From NCBI GenBank assembly GCA_964529025.1, contig CAZGUZ010000004.1:4805-68804 (forward strand): a stretch of 64,000 nt of DNA, given 5' to 3'. Below the pieces are notes generated by a model. It saw only the letters and a list, made by a program, of their open reading frames with translations. It made no database searches and was not told where the DNA came from. Positions 38,130 to 46,957 of the stretch are shown here, piece after piece. This DNA is from an uncultured Candidatus Saccharibacteria bacterium. GTDB taxonomy: Bacteria; Patescibacteriota; Minisyncoccia; Phycocordibacterales; PALSA-1337. Each line of letters begins with the position of its first letter. Position 1 is the stretch's first letter. The position numbers and the translations under genes are program-made.

Positions 38130-38918
38130 ATGAACACAACACTTGTTGTTGTTTTAGTTGGAGCAGGGGCATGCCTCGCTACATTTTTAGGGGGATTTTT
38201 CGCGCTTAAGTTTAAAGATAGACTGCATTTAATGCTCGGTCTTTCTGCGGGACTTATGATTGCCGTAGCATTTTTTGATCTTATACCAGAATCAATTGAG
38301 CTTGCGGTGCATGGAGATGAGCTTGTGCATGTCATGCTTTGGGTAGCACTAGGCTTTGTGGGCTTTATGTTCATTGATCGTTTTGGTGGTCATTATCACT
38401 CTCATGCTGATGAGGGTTGCGCCCATGATCACGACAATCATGACCATAGCCATGATATGGCCCAAGCTCAAACTGTAGCACATCAAGGAAAGCTTGGTGC
38501 AAGTAGCTTGTCACTTCACAGTTTTCTTGATGGTTTTGTTATTGGTGTTGCTTTTCAGATTTCTGCAGAGCTTGGTGCTGTAGTTGCTTTGGCTGTTCTT
38601 GCTCACGGTTTTTCTGATGGAATTAGTACAGTTACACTCATTACTCGCCATGGTGGCGACAAAAAGAGTGCACTTAAATGGCTTTCTCTAGATGCCGCTG
38701 CTCCGGTTATTGGTATTATTGCAGGATCGCTCATTGGCGTGCCGTTTGCTTTTCTTTCGCCGCTCTTGGGTATTTTTGCAGGTTTCTTTATGTATATTGG
38801 AGCAAGTGATCTCTTGCCCGAAAGTCACCATGCTCATAAAACAGTGTGGACGACGGTGGCAACACTCGTGGGTATGGCAATTATTCTTGCTATAGTTCTT
38901 GTTGGGCACGGACATTAA
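38130..38918 (+). CDS. ZIP family metal transporter
   Basis: His-rich loop, HSFLDG, HGFSDG, DLLPESH. Confidence 0.9.
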   Translation: MNTTLVVVLVGAGACLATFLGGFFALKFKDRLHLMLGLSAGLMIAVAFFDLIPESIELAVHGDELVHVMLWVALGFVGFMFIDRFGGHYHSHADEGCAHDHDNHDHSHDMAQAQTVAHQGKLGASSLSLHSFLDGFVIGVAFQISAELGAVVALAVLAHGFSDGISTVTLITRHGGDKKSALKWLSLDAAAPVIGIIAGSLIGVPFAFLSPLLGIFAGFFMYIGASDLLPESHHAHKTVWTTVATLVGMAIILAIVLVGHGH

Positions 38919-38919
38919 T

Positions 38920-39720
38920 ATGATTGATGCAATCGTTCTTGGCTTAATACAAGGTCTTACTGAATTTATACCAGTATCTTCTTCGGGCCACATGGTTTTG
39001 TACCATGCACTCAGTTCGACAGTATTGTCGCCCGAAGCTGAGCTTGCATATGACGCAGTATTACAGCTGAGTACATTACTTGCAGTCTTTGTTTACTTTA
39101 GAAAAGACATTATTGAGCTCATACGAAAGTTTTTTGCAAAAGAATTTTTACCGATAATTCAAATTGCAATTGCTACGATACCCGCTGTAATCATTGGTAT
39201 CGTACTTAAGGATTATCTAACTATGCTGCGGGGGCCATATATTGTAGCTGCTGCACTAATTGTAGGTTCAGTAATTATGATATATGCAGAATACTTTTTG
39301 CAGAAAAAAGGTGCTGTGAGTTTGCATGACAATAAGCAAGGGCCTGTGCTTTCATTGCGCAAAGCTTTGTACATCGGTTTTTTTCAAGTATTAGCTTTGA
39401 TTCCGGGAATGTCACGCTCGGGCATGACGGTCTCGGGTGGAATTTTTAATGGTTTGAATCGCGAACAAGCAGCTCGTTTTTCTTTTTTAATTTCTATACC
39501 GATCATTGGGGGTTCAGGTGGCCTTAAGCTTATTGAGGCTTTTTCTTTAGAAGGGCTTAATTTTTTTGAACTTGGTGTATCGTCAGTGGTCTCATTTGGA
39601 GCAGGGTTAGGTGCAATATATATTTTTATGAAAATCGTTTCGAATAAAAACCTATGGCCATTTATTTGGTATCGCTTAGGTCTTGCTCTTGTGGTAATTC
39701 TTATTTCAATTATCAGCTAG
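38920..39720 (+). CDS. uppP: Undecaprenyl-diphosphate phosphatase
   Basis: QGLTEFIPVSSSGH, LIPGMSRSG, AARFSFLISIP. Confidence 0.96.
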   Translation: MIDAIVLGLIQGLTEFIPVSSSGHMVLYHALSSTVLSPEAELAYDAVLQLSTLLAVFVYFRKDIIELIRKFFAKEFLPIIQIAIATIPAVIIGIVLKDYLTMLRGPYIVAAALIVGSVIMIYAEYFLQKKGAVSLHDNKQGPVLSLRKALYIGFFQVLALIPGMSRSGMTVSGGIFNGLNREQAARFSFLISIPIIGGSGGLKLIEAFSLEGLNFFELGVSSVVSFGAGLGAIYIFMKIVSNKNLWPFIWYRLGLALVVILISIIS

Positions 39721-39739
39721 TTTAATATGCGGGCTATAG

Positions 39740-39768
39740 TTGCACAAGTGTAAGAATTAGTGTATAGT
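39740..39768 (+). promoter_or_regulatory. sigma70-type promoter of the candidate ncRNA
   Basis: TTGCAC-N17-TATAGT. Confidence 0.6.
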
Positions 39769-39771
39769 ATA

Positions 39772-40062
39772 AGTGTCGGTGAATGGTTCGCCAAACACTC
39801 ACACTGGATATGGGGTTCGGTATCGCTTATGGCGGTTTACGAATCTCACTCAAGGAACCTTGCATTCCAGTTGCATGTCCTTGAGATTCCTCGGGTTTTT
39901 GACCCACCGAGAAGCTTCGGCCCCGGCCAGCTTCTCCTCAGGATGTCCTGAGTACGTTCTTTCTGGGGTTGCTAACACACGTTATGCACCCCATCGGAAT
40001 AGCTTTCGAGCTCTTCCAACCCCCATTTTTTGAGGCTTCGCCATTCGGTGAAGCCTCTTTTC
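39772..40062 (+). ncRNA. Candidate multi-hairpin structured RNA of unknown class
   Basis: Eight consecutive stem-loops between a promoter and the terminator GAGGCTTCGCC-ATTC-GGTGAAGCCTC-TTTT. Confidence 0.55.
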
Positions 40063-40327
40063 GTTATTGTGTAGGAAGGGGTTGTCGTGAAGGTAATGAT
40101 ACAAAGATTTGACTAATTAAATATATCGTGTAATATTGTTTTTATGACAAAATCACACATTACTTTGTATACAAAGGCACATCCTTCTGTTCGGGAAGGC
40201 CTTTTCTATATACCGTGTGACGCTCTGACTACTTGTAGTGCCTAGACTCGAGTAATTTAAGCGCCACACGTGTGGCGCTGTTCTTTTAATTGTTCTTTTC
40301 AACACAAACTCGTAGGCGAAAGGCTCT

Positions 40328-42121
40328 ATGTCAGAAGCAAAAATATGTACTGATACAGCAGAACCGCTGTTCACTCGAAACCCTGTTGGCTACCTTTTTG
40401 CAGCAATGTGGAGGTATTCAAGAGGGAATCGGTTGGTTGTTGCGGCGTTCTGGCTCATGTTTGCAGTTGGTGGCATCATTGCAATCGCTCTTGAACCTTA
40501 CTTTATTGCGCAGATCCTTGATCATGTGCAAAAGAAGGGTGTGAGCGAATCGGATATTCCGTTCATTACAAAGAATCTGTTCGGAATCGTAGCAGTCGCT
40601 ATAGGTTTTTGGTGTTTTCATGGCCCAGCTCGGGTTATGGAAATTGCCAATGCTTTTTTGGTGCGTCGAAACCATCGAGAATTCTTTGTGGGCGGTGTCC
40701 TAAGTATGCCGATGAAATGGCACAATGAGAATCACTCAGGTGAAATCATTGATCGCATGGAGAAGGGTTCTGCTTCACTCCATGGTTTTGCAGGCGACAC
40801 ATTCGACGTATTGTATGTCGTTGCCCGACTCATTGTTACCTATGTAGTACTTATCCATTACAATTTTGTTGCGGGTTGTATTGCAACGGTGTTCTTGGGT
40901 ATATCTATTTGGGTTACGGTTAGATTCGATCGGATACTTAAGGATCGATATGTGCAAATGTCGAAGGCTGAAAATAAAACAGCTCGCGACGTTCATGATA
41001 CGGTAACGAATGTTGCAACAGTCATTACGCACAGAGTCCAACATCGAGTATTCGATAGGATTATGTGTGGAATGGATGAACAAGCGAGCATTACAAAGAC
41101 TACCGCAAAACTCGATGAAACCAAGTGGTTCATTACTTCGGTACTGTGCGCATGTATGCTCGTTGCAATCCTCTGTTTTTACTTTTGGAATGCAATTGAG
41201 CGCAAAGAGGTAATTGCCTTTGGCAGTCTGTTCTCCCTCTATACGTATACAAACGGTTTGTCGCAAGTATTTTACCGGTTCTCGGGGTCATACTCGAGAA
41301 TTGTTCGATACAGGACACGCGCGAAAAACGCAGAAGAGGTGGCCAAGGAATTCCCCACTCATATTGCAGAATCTGAGCGGCTTCCTGAGTCATGGGCGAC
41401 TATTCGTATTTCAGGGCTTAGTTTTGGTTATAGCACTGATTGCCCTGAAGTAGTTCGAAACATCAATGCCGAGTTTCGGCGGGGCGAAAAAGTCGCCCTT
41501 GTTGGAGCAAGTGGAACTGGTAAAAGTACAATACTTTCGCTTTTGCGAGGTTTGTACGACCCCACGTACGGTGTAGTCTTTGTTGATGGTGTGTTTTGGC
41601 CGAGTGGTCTTAAGGGTTTTGGGGAGTCTGTAGGCTTTATGCGCCAGACGTCTCAGATCCTTGACGGCACTATTAGGTATAACCTCACTCTTGATGCTGA
41701 ATACACTGAAGAGCAAATCAACGAGGCAATTGCCATGGCCCGCTTTGATACCGTGGTTCAAAGACTACCAAAAGGACTTGAGTCTAGAGTCTTTGAGCAA
41801 GGTGTTAACTTGAGCGGTGGCGAGTGCCAGCGGCTCGCACTTGCACGGAGTATCCTTGCCTCATTCGGGAGGGAAATAATCCTCCTTGATGAACCAACGA
41901 GCAGTCTTGATCCGGTAACAGAAAAGTTTGTGCTTGATGGAATCATGCAAAGATTCCGTAAAGAGCTCATCATCTGTTCAACACACAGGTTCGACATACT
42001 GCCTCAGTTCGACAGGATCATCGTCATGAAAAACGGTGAGATTGTGGACTGTGGTACCTATGATGAACTTATGGAGCGCTGTTCTGAGTTTGTCAGACTC
42101 AAGAGCGCTAAGGTCGAGTAG
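40328..42121 (+). CDS. ABC transporter fused permease/ATP-binding protein
   Basis: TM domain, GASGTGKST, LSGGECQR, LLDEPTSSLD, H-loop. Confidence 0.93.
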   Translation: MSEAKICTDTAEPLFTRNPVGYLFAAMWRYSRGNRLVVAAFWLMFAVGGIIAIALEPYFIAQILDHVQKKGVSESDIPFITKNLFGIVAVAIGFWCFHGPARVMEIANAFLVRRNHREFFVGGVLSMPMKWHNENHSGEIIDRMEKGSASLHGFAGDTFDVLYVVARLIVTYVVLIHYNFVAGCIATVFLGISIWVTVRFDRILKDRYVQMSKAENKTARDVHDTVTNVATVITHRVQHRVFDRIMCGMDEQASITKTTAKLDETKWFITSVLCACMLVAILCFYFWNAIERKEVIAFGSLFSLYTYTNGLSQVFYRFSGSYSRIVRYRTRAKNAEEVAKEFPTHIAESERLPESWATIRISGLSFGYSTDCPEVVRNINAEFRRGEKVALVGASGTGKSTILSLLRGLYDPTYGVVFVDGVFWPSGLKGFGESVGFMRQTSQILDGTIRYNLTLDAEYTEEQINEAIAMARFDTVVQRLPKGLESRVFEQGVNLSGGECQRLALARSILASFGREIILLDEPTSSLDPVTEKFVLDGIMQRFRKELIICSTHRFDILPQFDRIIVMKNGEIVDCGTYDELMERCSEFVRLKSAKVE

Positions 42122-42150
42122 GGTGCAGGAATTGCACTCGGTGATCGACA

Positions 42151-42182
42151 CAAAAAACCACTCTCGCGAGTGGTTTTCTTTT
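42151..42182. terminator. Bidirectional terminator
   Basis: AAAACCACTC-TCGC-GAGTGGTTTT. Confidence 0.85.
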
Positions 42183-42222
42183 GGCCGAAGAGATATGACT
42201 GGCAACTCGATTGCAAATAGTA

Positions 42223-42798
42223 TTAAAACGGTAGTGTAAAATTCATTGCTGTTTCTTGGGCCTTTTCCCAGTTTTGTGTATTGAGCTTAATGTCGCGAAC
42301 AATTCCAAGGTCGGGGTACAAAAGTTTGCCATTCTTAAGGGCATACTCGTACACTTCTTTAGTAATCTTCACATCTTCAAGACAGTATTTAATGATTTTG
42401 TCGATTTCACCGTTCTTCCACCACGTAATTGCTTCAAGGCCGTGTGCAATTTTATTTTTTCCAAGAGTTGCTTCGGCAATACTGTCGAGCTTAATTCTGC
42501 GACCAAGAGAGTTGCGGATCTCTACAAGCAGATCAAGACTTTTAATTTTTGTTAAATCACCGGCATAGTACTTGTTGAGCAAAGGAATATCAAAGTGATC
42601 ACCGTTAAAAGTGATGAGCATATCTGCAGTTTCGAGGAGTTTCCAAAGCTTAGAAAAATCTTCTTGAAGAAAGCTTGAATATGTATCAGTAGAATAGTCA
42701 TAGGTGCAAACGACCGATATATCAAGATCCTTGGGATCATTCGAACCGGCTTCTTGGAAAGTGTTTCGTGTTTCAATGTCAAAGACAATTTTACGCAT
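42223..42798 (-). CDS. RNase H-like 3'-5' exonuclease (RNase_H_2/YprB-like)
   Basis: FDIET, TFNGDHFD and YCLEDV DEDD motifs. Confidence 0.85.
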   Translation of the reverse strand: MRKIVFDIETRNTFQEAGSNDPKDLDISVVCTYDYSTDTYSSFLQEDFSKLWKLLETADMLITFNGDHFDIPLLNKYYAGDLTKIKSLDLLVEIRNSLGRRIKLDSIAEATLGKNKIAHGLEAITWWKNGEIDKIIKYCLEDVKITKEVYEYALKNGKLLYPDLGIVRDIKLNTQNWEKAQETAMNFTLPF

Positions 42799-42821
42799 GG
42801 TTGTAGGTGCCGTTCTGCTGG

Positions 42822-44105
42822 CTATTTAAGCTGATAGTCTTTAGAAATTGTGCGAGTTTCGCCAGTTTCAAGATTCTTAATGTCAAAGCTACCACTATTC
42901 ATTTCGGTTTCGCCAAGAACAATAACGTAGGTTGAGCCGTGACGTTCTGCACTTTTAAATTGATCGCCAATTTTTTTAAGAGAATAATCAATAGCAACGC
43001 GTACTCCTTGTGATCTAAAGTTTTGAGCAATATCGTGCGCATAGCCAAAGATATTTTCGGCAAGAACGCATAGGGTGAGTGTTGGACCCGTAGTAATTGG
43101 TGGAAGCAGGTTATAAGTTTCGAGCACATCACGCATAGTAACGTCGCCCATACCAAAACCAACAGCAGAGATTGAATCGCCACCAAACATACCAACAAGA
43201 TTGTCATAGCGGCCGCCACCAAAAAGTGATCGGCGATTATCAGGATTCTTGTCGAAGATTTCAAAAACAATTCCCGTATAGTAGTCAAAACCACGCATAA
43301 GGGTTTGGCTAAAAACTACATTTGTAATACCAAGAGAATCGAGCCCAGAAATAACTTGGCGAATTTCATTAAGTGCAAGGTCACGCTCGGCAGACGGCGC
43401 TAAGTGACTTGTAAATTCTTCAAAGTTATTTGAATTGATAAGGGCAAAGAAGGTAAGGTTATGTTCGCCCATAATATCAATAGCGGCTTTCTCAAAATCC
43501 TCGGCACTAATTTTTGCTTTCTTATCAATGAGTTTTGAAAGAGCGTGCTCTTGTGTGTCAGAAAGCTTAAGAACCGACTTCATGATATAGGTCATGAGCT
43601 TTCGGTTATTGAGTCGAATTTCATAGTCAGTTGGCTTAAGGCCAAAAGCTGTCATGATTTGAGATGCACAAGCAATAACTTCGACTTCGGCTTGAATACT
43701 TGAAACACCAAAAATGTCGACATTGAGCTGCCAGTGTTCACGAAGGCGACCACGCTGTGGTTTTTCGTAGCGGAAAAGGTTTGGAATAGAGAACCAACGA
43801 ATTGGTGTTGGTAAGTTGCGGCGCTCATGTGCAACCATGCGAGCTACGGTTGGAGTCATTTCGGGACGTAGAGTAACTTCGCGATCGCCGCGATCAGTAA
43901 AGGTATAGGTTTGCTCATTAACAATTTCTTCGCCAGATTTTGCTCGGTAGAGCTCGGCTGGCTCGAGTACCGAAGCCGAATATTCTTCATAGCCAAAAGA
44001 ACTCACTACATTCTTCCATGTTGAAAATATATAATTTTGTATTGCCATGTCGCGGGGATAAAAATCCCGAACGCCCTTGTATGGCAGTGTTTCTAGGGTA
44101 GACAT
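42822..44105 (-). CDS. hisS: Histidine--tRNA ligase
   Basis: KGVRDF, LRPEMTP, FRYEKPQRGRLREH, RGFDYYTG, GGGRYD. Confidence 0.97.
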   Translation of the reverse strand: MSTLETLPYKGVRDFYPRDMAIQNYIFSTWKNVVSSFGYEEYSASVLEPAELYRAKSGEEIVNEQTYTFTDRGDREVTLRPEMTPTVARMVAHERRNLPTPIRWFSIPNLFRYEKPQRGRLREHWQLNVDIFGVSSIQAEVEVIACASQIMTAFGLKPTDYEIRLNNRKLMTYIMKSVLKLSDTQEHALSKLIDKKAKISAEDFEKAAIDIMGEHNLTFFALINSNNFEEFTSHLAPSAERDLALNEIRQVISGLDSLGITNVVFSQTLMRGFDYYTGIVFEIFDKNPDNRRSLFGGGRYDNLVGMFGGDSISAVGFGMGDVTMRDVLETYNLLPPITTGPTLTLCVLAENIFGYAHDIAQNFRSQGVRVAIDYSLKKIGDQFKSAERHGSTYVIVLGETEMNSGSFDIKNLETGETRTISKDYQLK

Positions 44106-44150
44106 GCTGTTAGTCTAGCATATTTTTATGCATTGTGGCAGAGTGTTTAT

Positions 44151-44978
44151 ATGAACGATACTCAGGAACAACTAGTGCAGCCTCGGGCTGTTGTAATTCA
44201 TAAGAAATGGGGAGAAACTCCGCTTATGTGTCTTGAAGTTGTGCGCTCACTCTATAAAATTCCTAAAACTACTCCTATGACATATGCGGGTAGACTTGAT
44301 CCTTTGGCTACAGGTGCTCTCATTATCCTTATTGGCGAAGAATGTTTGCAAAAAGATGCATACTTAGGTTTTGATAAAGAGTATCAAGCGCAATTTGCTT
44401 GTGGTATTTCTACTGATACCGGTGATATTTTTGGTTTAATTACAAAATTTAGTTCAGAAGTTGTGGGCGGCAAAGACTTTGCGCTATCAGATGCTCATCT
44501 ATTACAGGCAGAGCAAATCTGTCGTGCTACTACAGAGCAACAATACCCACTTTTTTCTTCTAAGAAAGTTCTGGGCAAACAATTATTTGAGTACGGCCTT
44601 GAGGGTAATACTACAATTGATCGCCCATATAGAGCAGTTACTATACACTCATGCAACCTTGCTTTGGGTAAGCAAATTACCGTGCACGATGTTTATGATC
44701 AGGTGTGTAAGGCGGCACAAGAGCTCGGCAATGGATTTAGAGCAGACCAGATAGTGACAGATTGGGGCGCATTAGTTAGGGATGGAGTTATTGGCGGTGC
44801 TACATTGCCTACGATAACAATGAGCTGCAAGGTTTCTTCGGGCACATATATACGAGGTTTTTCGGATACATTTGCTCAAGAATTTAAGCAGCCTTGGCTC
44901 ATGACTTCACTCCATCGCAAGCGTATTGGCGAATATGAATGCCCGCAAGCACCACACGACACTTTTGTGATACGATAG
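44151..44978 (+). CDS. truB: tRNA pseudouridine(55) synthase
   Basis: YAGRLDPLATG, KEY, TDTGD, VSSGTYIR. Confidence 0.9.
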   Translation: MNDTQEQLVQPRAVVIHKKWGETPLMCLEVVRSLYKIPKTTPMTYAGRLDPLATGALIILIGEECLQKDAYLGFDKEYQAQFACGISTDTGDIFGLITKFSSEVVGGKDFALSDAHLLQAEQICRATTEQQYPLFSSKKVLGKQLFEYGLEGNTTIDRPYRAVTIHSCNLALGKQITVHDVYDQVCKAAQELGNGFRADQIVTDWGALVRDGVIGGATLPTITMSCKVSSGTYIRGFSDTFAQEFKQPWLMTSLHRKRIGEYECPQAPHDTFVIR

Positions 44979-44982
44979 AGGT

Positions 44983-45972
44983 ATGATTACCCAGAAAATC
45001 TTTGTAAAAGAAGGACCACTCGTCTTTTTGCGCGACGTACTTGGTTTTGAAGTACTTACAGGACTTTTCTTCTTTGCAATTTCTTTTCTCGAGAACTATG
45101 AATTATTCTTACGCAACATTGGCGTACTTGAGTACATTCGCTACGACCTCCTTATTATGGTTGTATTTTCTTTGCTCCAAATTGCAATTATTACTTTATT
45201 ATTTTTGCGATGGTATTTTAGTTTTTATGAAATTCGAGAAAATGAAATCATACGCCGATCCGGCATTATATTGCGCAAACACGTCTCAGTTTCAATGAAC
45301 CATATTGCTACGGTTGAATTCTCGCAAGGAATTGTTGAGCGTTTTATGAATCACGGAACAATTGTTCTTGAGCATACGAATAACCGAATTACTCGACTCC
45401 GCAATGTCGAAAATTATGAAGAGTCGCTCTTGTACATTAAAGAACGTCTACTTAAATTGCGCGATGCTCAAGGCATTCATCAAAAAAAGGTTATTCCGCA
45501 GCTTATTACCCAAGGGGAATCATCAAAAGTAGAATTCAAAGAAACTCTACGCGTTGATATACGCAACGGTGGCTTGCATAAAGATGTAGAGAGGGCAGTA
45601 GTTAAAACTATCGTTGGTTTTTTGAATGCGCACGGCGGTACGCTTGTTATTGGAGTAAGTGATAGCGGTGAGATTAAAGGTCTTGATAAAGACTATGCTT
45701 CATTACCAAGAAAGAATCGCGATGGTTTTGAAAATCATATTGCTACCCTAGTAAAAAATCATATTGGAATTAAGTTTCGACCGTATCTCGATATTTCTTT
45801 CGAAAGTATTCAAGAAAAAGATGTATGCGTAATCGACATTGAGGCTTCGCCAAAGCCTGCCTATCTAAAGGGTGGGGAAGGTAAAGAAGAATTCTTTGTG
45901 CGCACAGGAAACTCTACCCAACCTTTCTCTATGAGTGAGGCTGAGGAGTATATTAAGAATCATTGGAAATAA
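44983..45972 (+). CDS. Membrane protein with bacterial PH domain fused to Schlafen/AlbA_2 domain
   Basis: Two TMs, RSGII...IATVEFSQGIVER..NHGTI (bPH_2), GESSKVEFKE..GFLNAHGGTLVIGVSD..FFVRTGNST (AlbA_2). Confidence 0.8.
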   Translation: MITQKIFVKEGPLVFLRDVLGFEVLTGLFFFAISFLENYELFLRNIGVLEYIRYDLLIMVVFSLLQIAIITLLFLRWYFSFYEIRENEIIRRSGIILRKHVSVSMNHIATVEFSQGIVERFMNHGTIVLEHTNNRITRLRNVENYEESLLYIKERLLKLRDAQGIHQKKVIPQLITQGESSKVEFKETLRVDIRNGGLHKDVERAVVKTIVGFLNAHGGTLVIGVSDSGEIKGLDKDYASLPRKNRDGFENHIATLVKNHIGIKFRPYLDISFESIQEKDVCVIDIEASPKPAYLKGGEGKEEFFVRTGNSTQPFSMSEAEEYIKNHWK

Positions 45973-45975
45973 AAG

Positions 45976-46003
45976 GCGCGCGCAACGAAAGTTGCGCGCG
46001 TTT
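45976..46003. terminator. Bidirectional terminator
   Basis: CGCGCGCAAC-GAAA-GTTGCGCGCG. Confidence 0.85.
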
Positions 46004-46016
46004 GATTAAATGGTGG

Positions 46017-46889
46017 TTACTCCATGATGCTTCTTGCAGCATCAAGGATTTCCTTGAGGTAGTTCTCAGCTGACCACCCGTTGCCGAGAAGGCCAAAGAC
46101 TGGCTTTTTGAATGCGTACCTCGGCTGTACCTCAGGCGTGACACGGCCAGTCCAGCCAACTTGTTTGGCAAAATCGCCGAAACTCTTGAGGGGAAGCTTG
46201 CCGCGGCCGGGTATAGGATTTCGGCCTTTTGTGTCACCAAGATCAGGTAATGCATCGCAAAGGTGAATCTCTTGAGTGCACCTAAGCAAAGTGCGGGCTC
46301 CTTCAAGAAGCATGCGCTCAAGATCACTGTTGGTGTACCTAGCAAGTCTCGAGACTCCGATTCCGCCAGTACACCATTCAAGGTAGTGCATTGTGTCGAA
46401 CACAACGCAACGGGTGACGGGCGAGCAAGTTGTTGCAATACGGACAAAGTCCGCAATGCTAATCTGCTTGTCTACCACCTGGCACGTTTGAAACAGAAGT
46501 CCGTCCCTAGCGCGATGAACTTCATTCTGGATTCTGTGGGCATAGCCCACGAAAAACCCTTGTGTTTCGTTAAGTCGAATCTGCGACTCAATCGGCTCTG
46601 TTTTCCGAGGGATTTTGCCGAGTGCAGCAGCCACGTAGTTAAACTTGTGGTTACTCCCATTCTCCAACGACCAGACTTCATGAAACCTCACCTCGAAGGG
46701 CCTGCTGTGGCGACTTGTGGTCGCTTCAGCAAGCTCTTTGATTTTGGTAAAGTCTGTTCCGGGGAATGTGACAATCTCAATACCATCGAAGCCAACACTC
46801 GCAGCCATTTCCATCTGTTCCCCAAGAGGAATGCTTGGAAATGCTGTAAGCGCTGCCGACGGCATGATGTACGTATGTCGATGTTTCAT
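46017..46889 (-). CDS. Xylose-isomerase-like TIM barrel protein (sugar phosphate isomerase/epimerase family)
   Basis: AASVGFDGIEI, VFDTMH, EIHLCD, PGRGKLPL, GWTGRVTPEV. Confidence 0.75.
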   Translation of the reverse strand: MKHRHTYIMPSAALTAFPSIPLGEQMEMAASVGFDGIEIVTFPGTDFTKIKELAEATTSRHSRPFEVRFHEVWSLENGSNHKFNYVAAALGKIPRKTEPIESQIRLNETQGFFVGYAHRIQNEVHRARDGLLFQTCQVVDKQISIADFVRIATTCSPVTRCVVFDTMHYLEWCTGGIGVSRLARYTNSDLERMLLEGARTLLRCTQEIHLCDALPDLGDTKGRNPIPGRGKLPLKSFGDFAKQVGWTGRVTPEVQPRYAFKKPVFGLLGNGWSAENYLKEILDAARSIME

Positions 46890-46957
46890 CTGACTACTTT
46901 TTAACACAAAAAAACGCTTTTGTACAGCGTTTCTTGCTTCCTGCTATCAGATTAGAA

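Noticed and set aside
39760-40033. 63-aa and 86-aa ORFs as proteins; region as RNase P, tmRNA, SRP or 6S
   Set aside because: The ORFs show no protein motifs, the hallmark sequences of those RNAs are not visible, and dense pairing favours an unassigned RNA.
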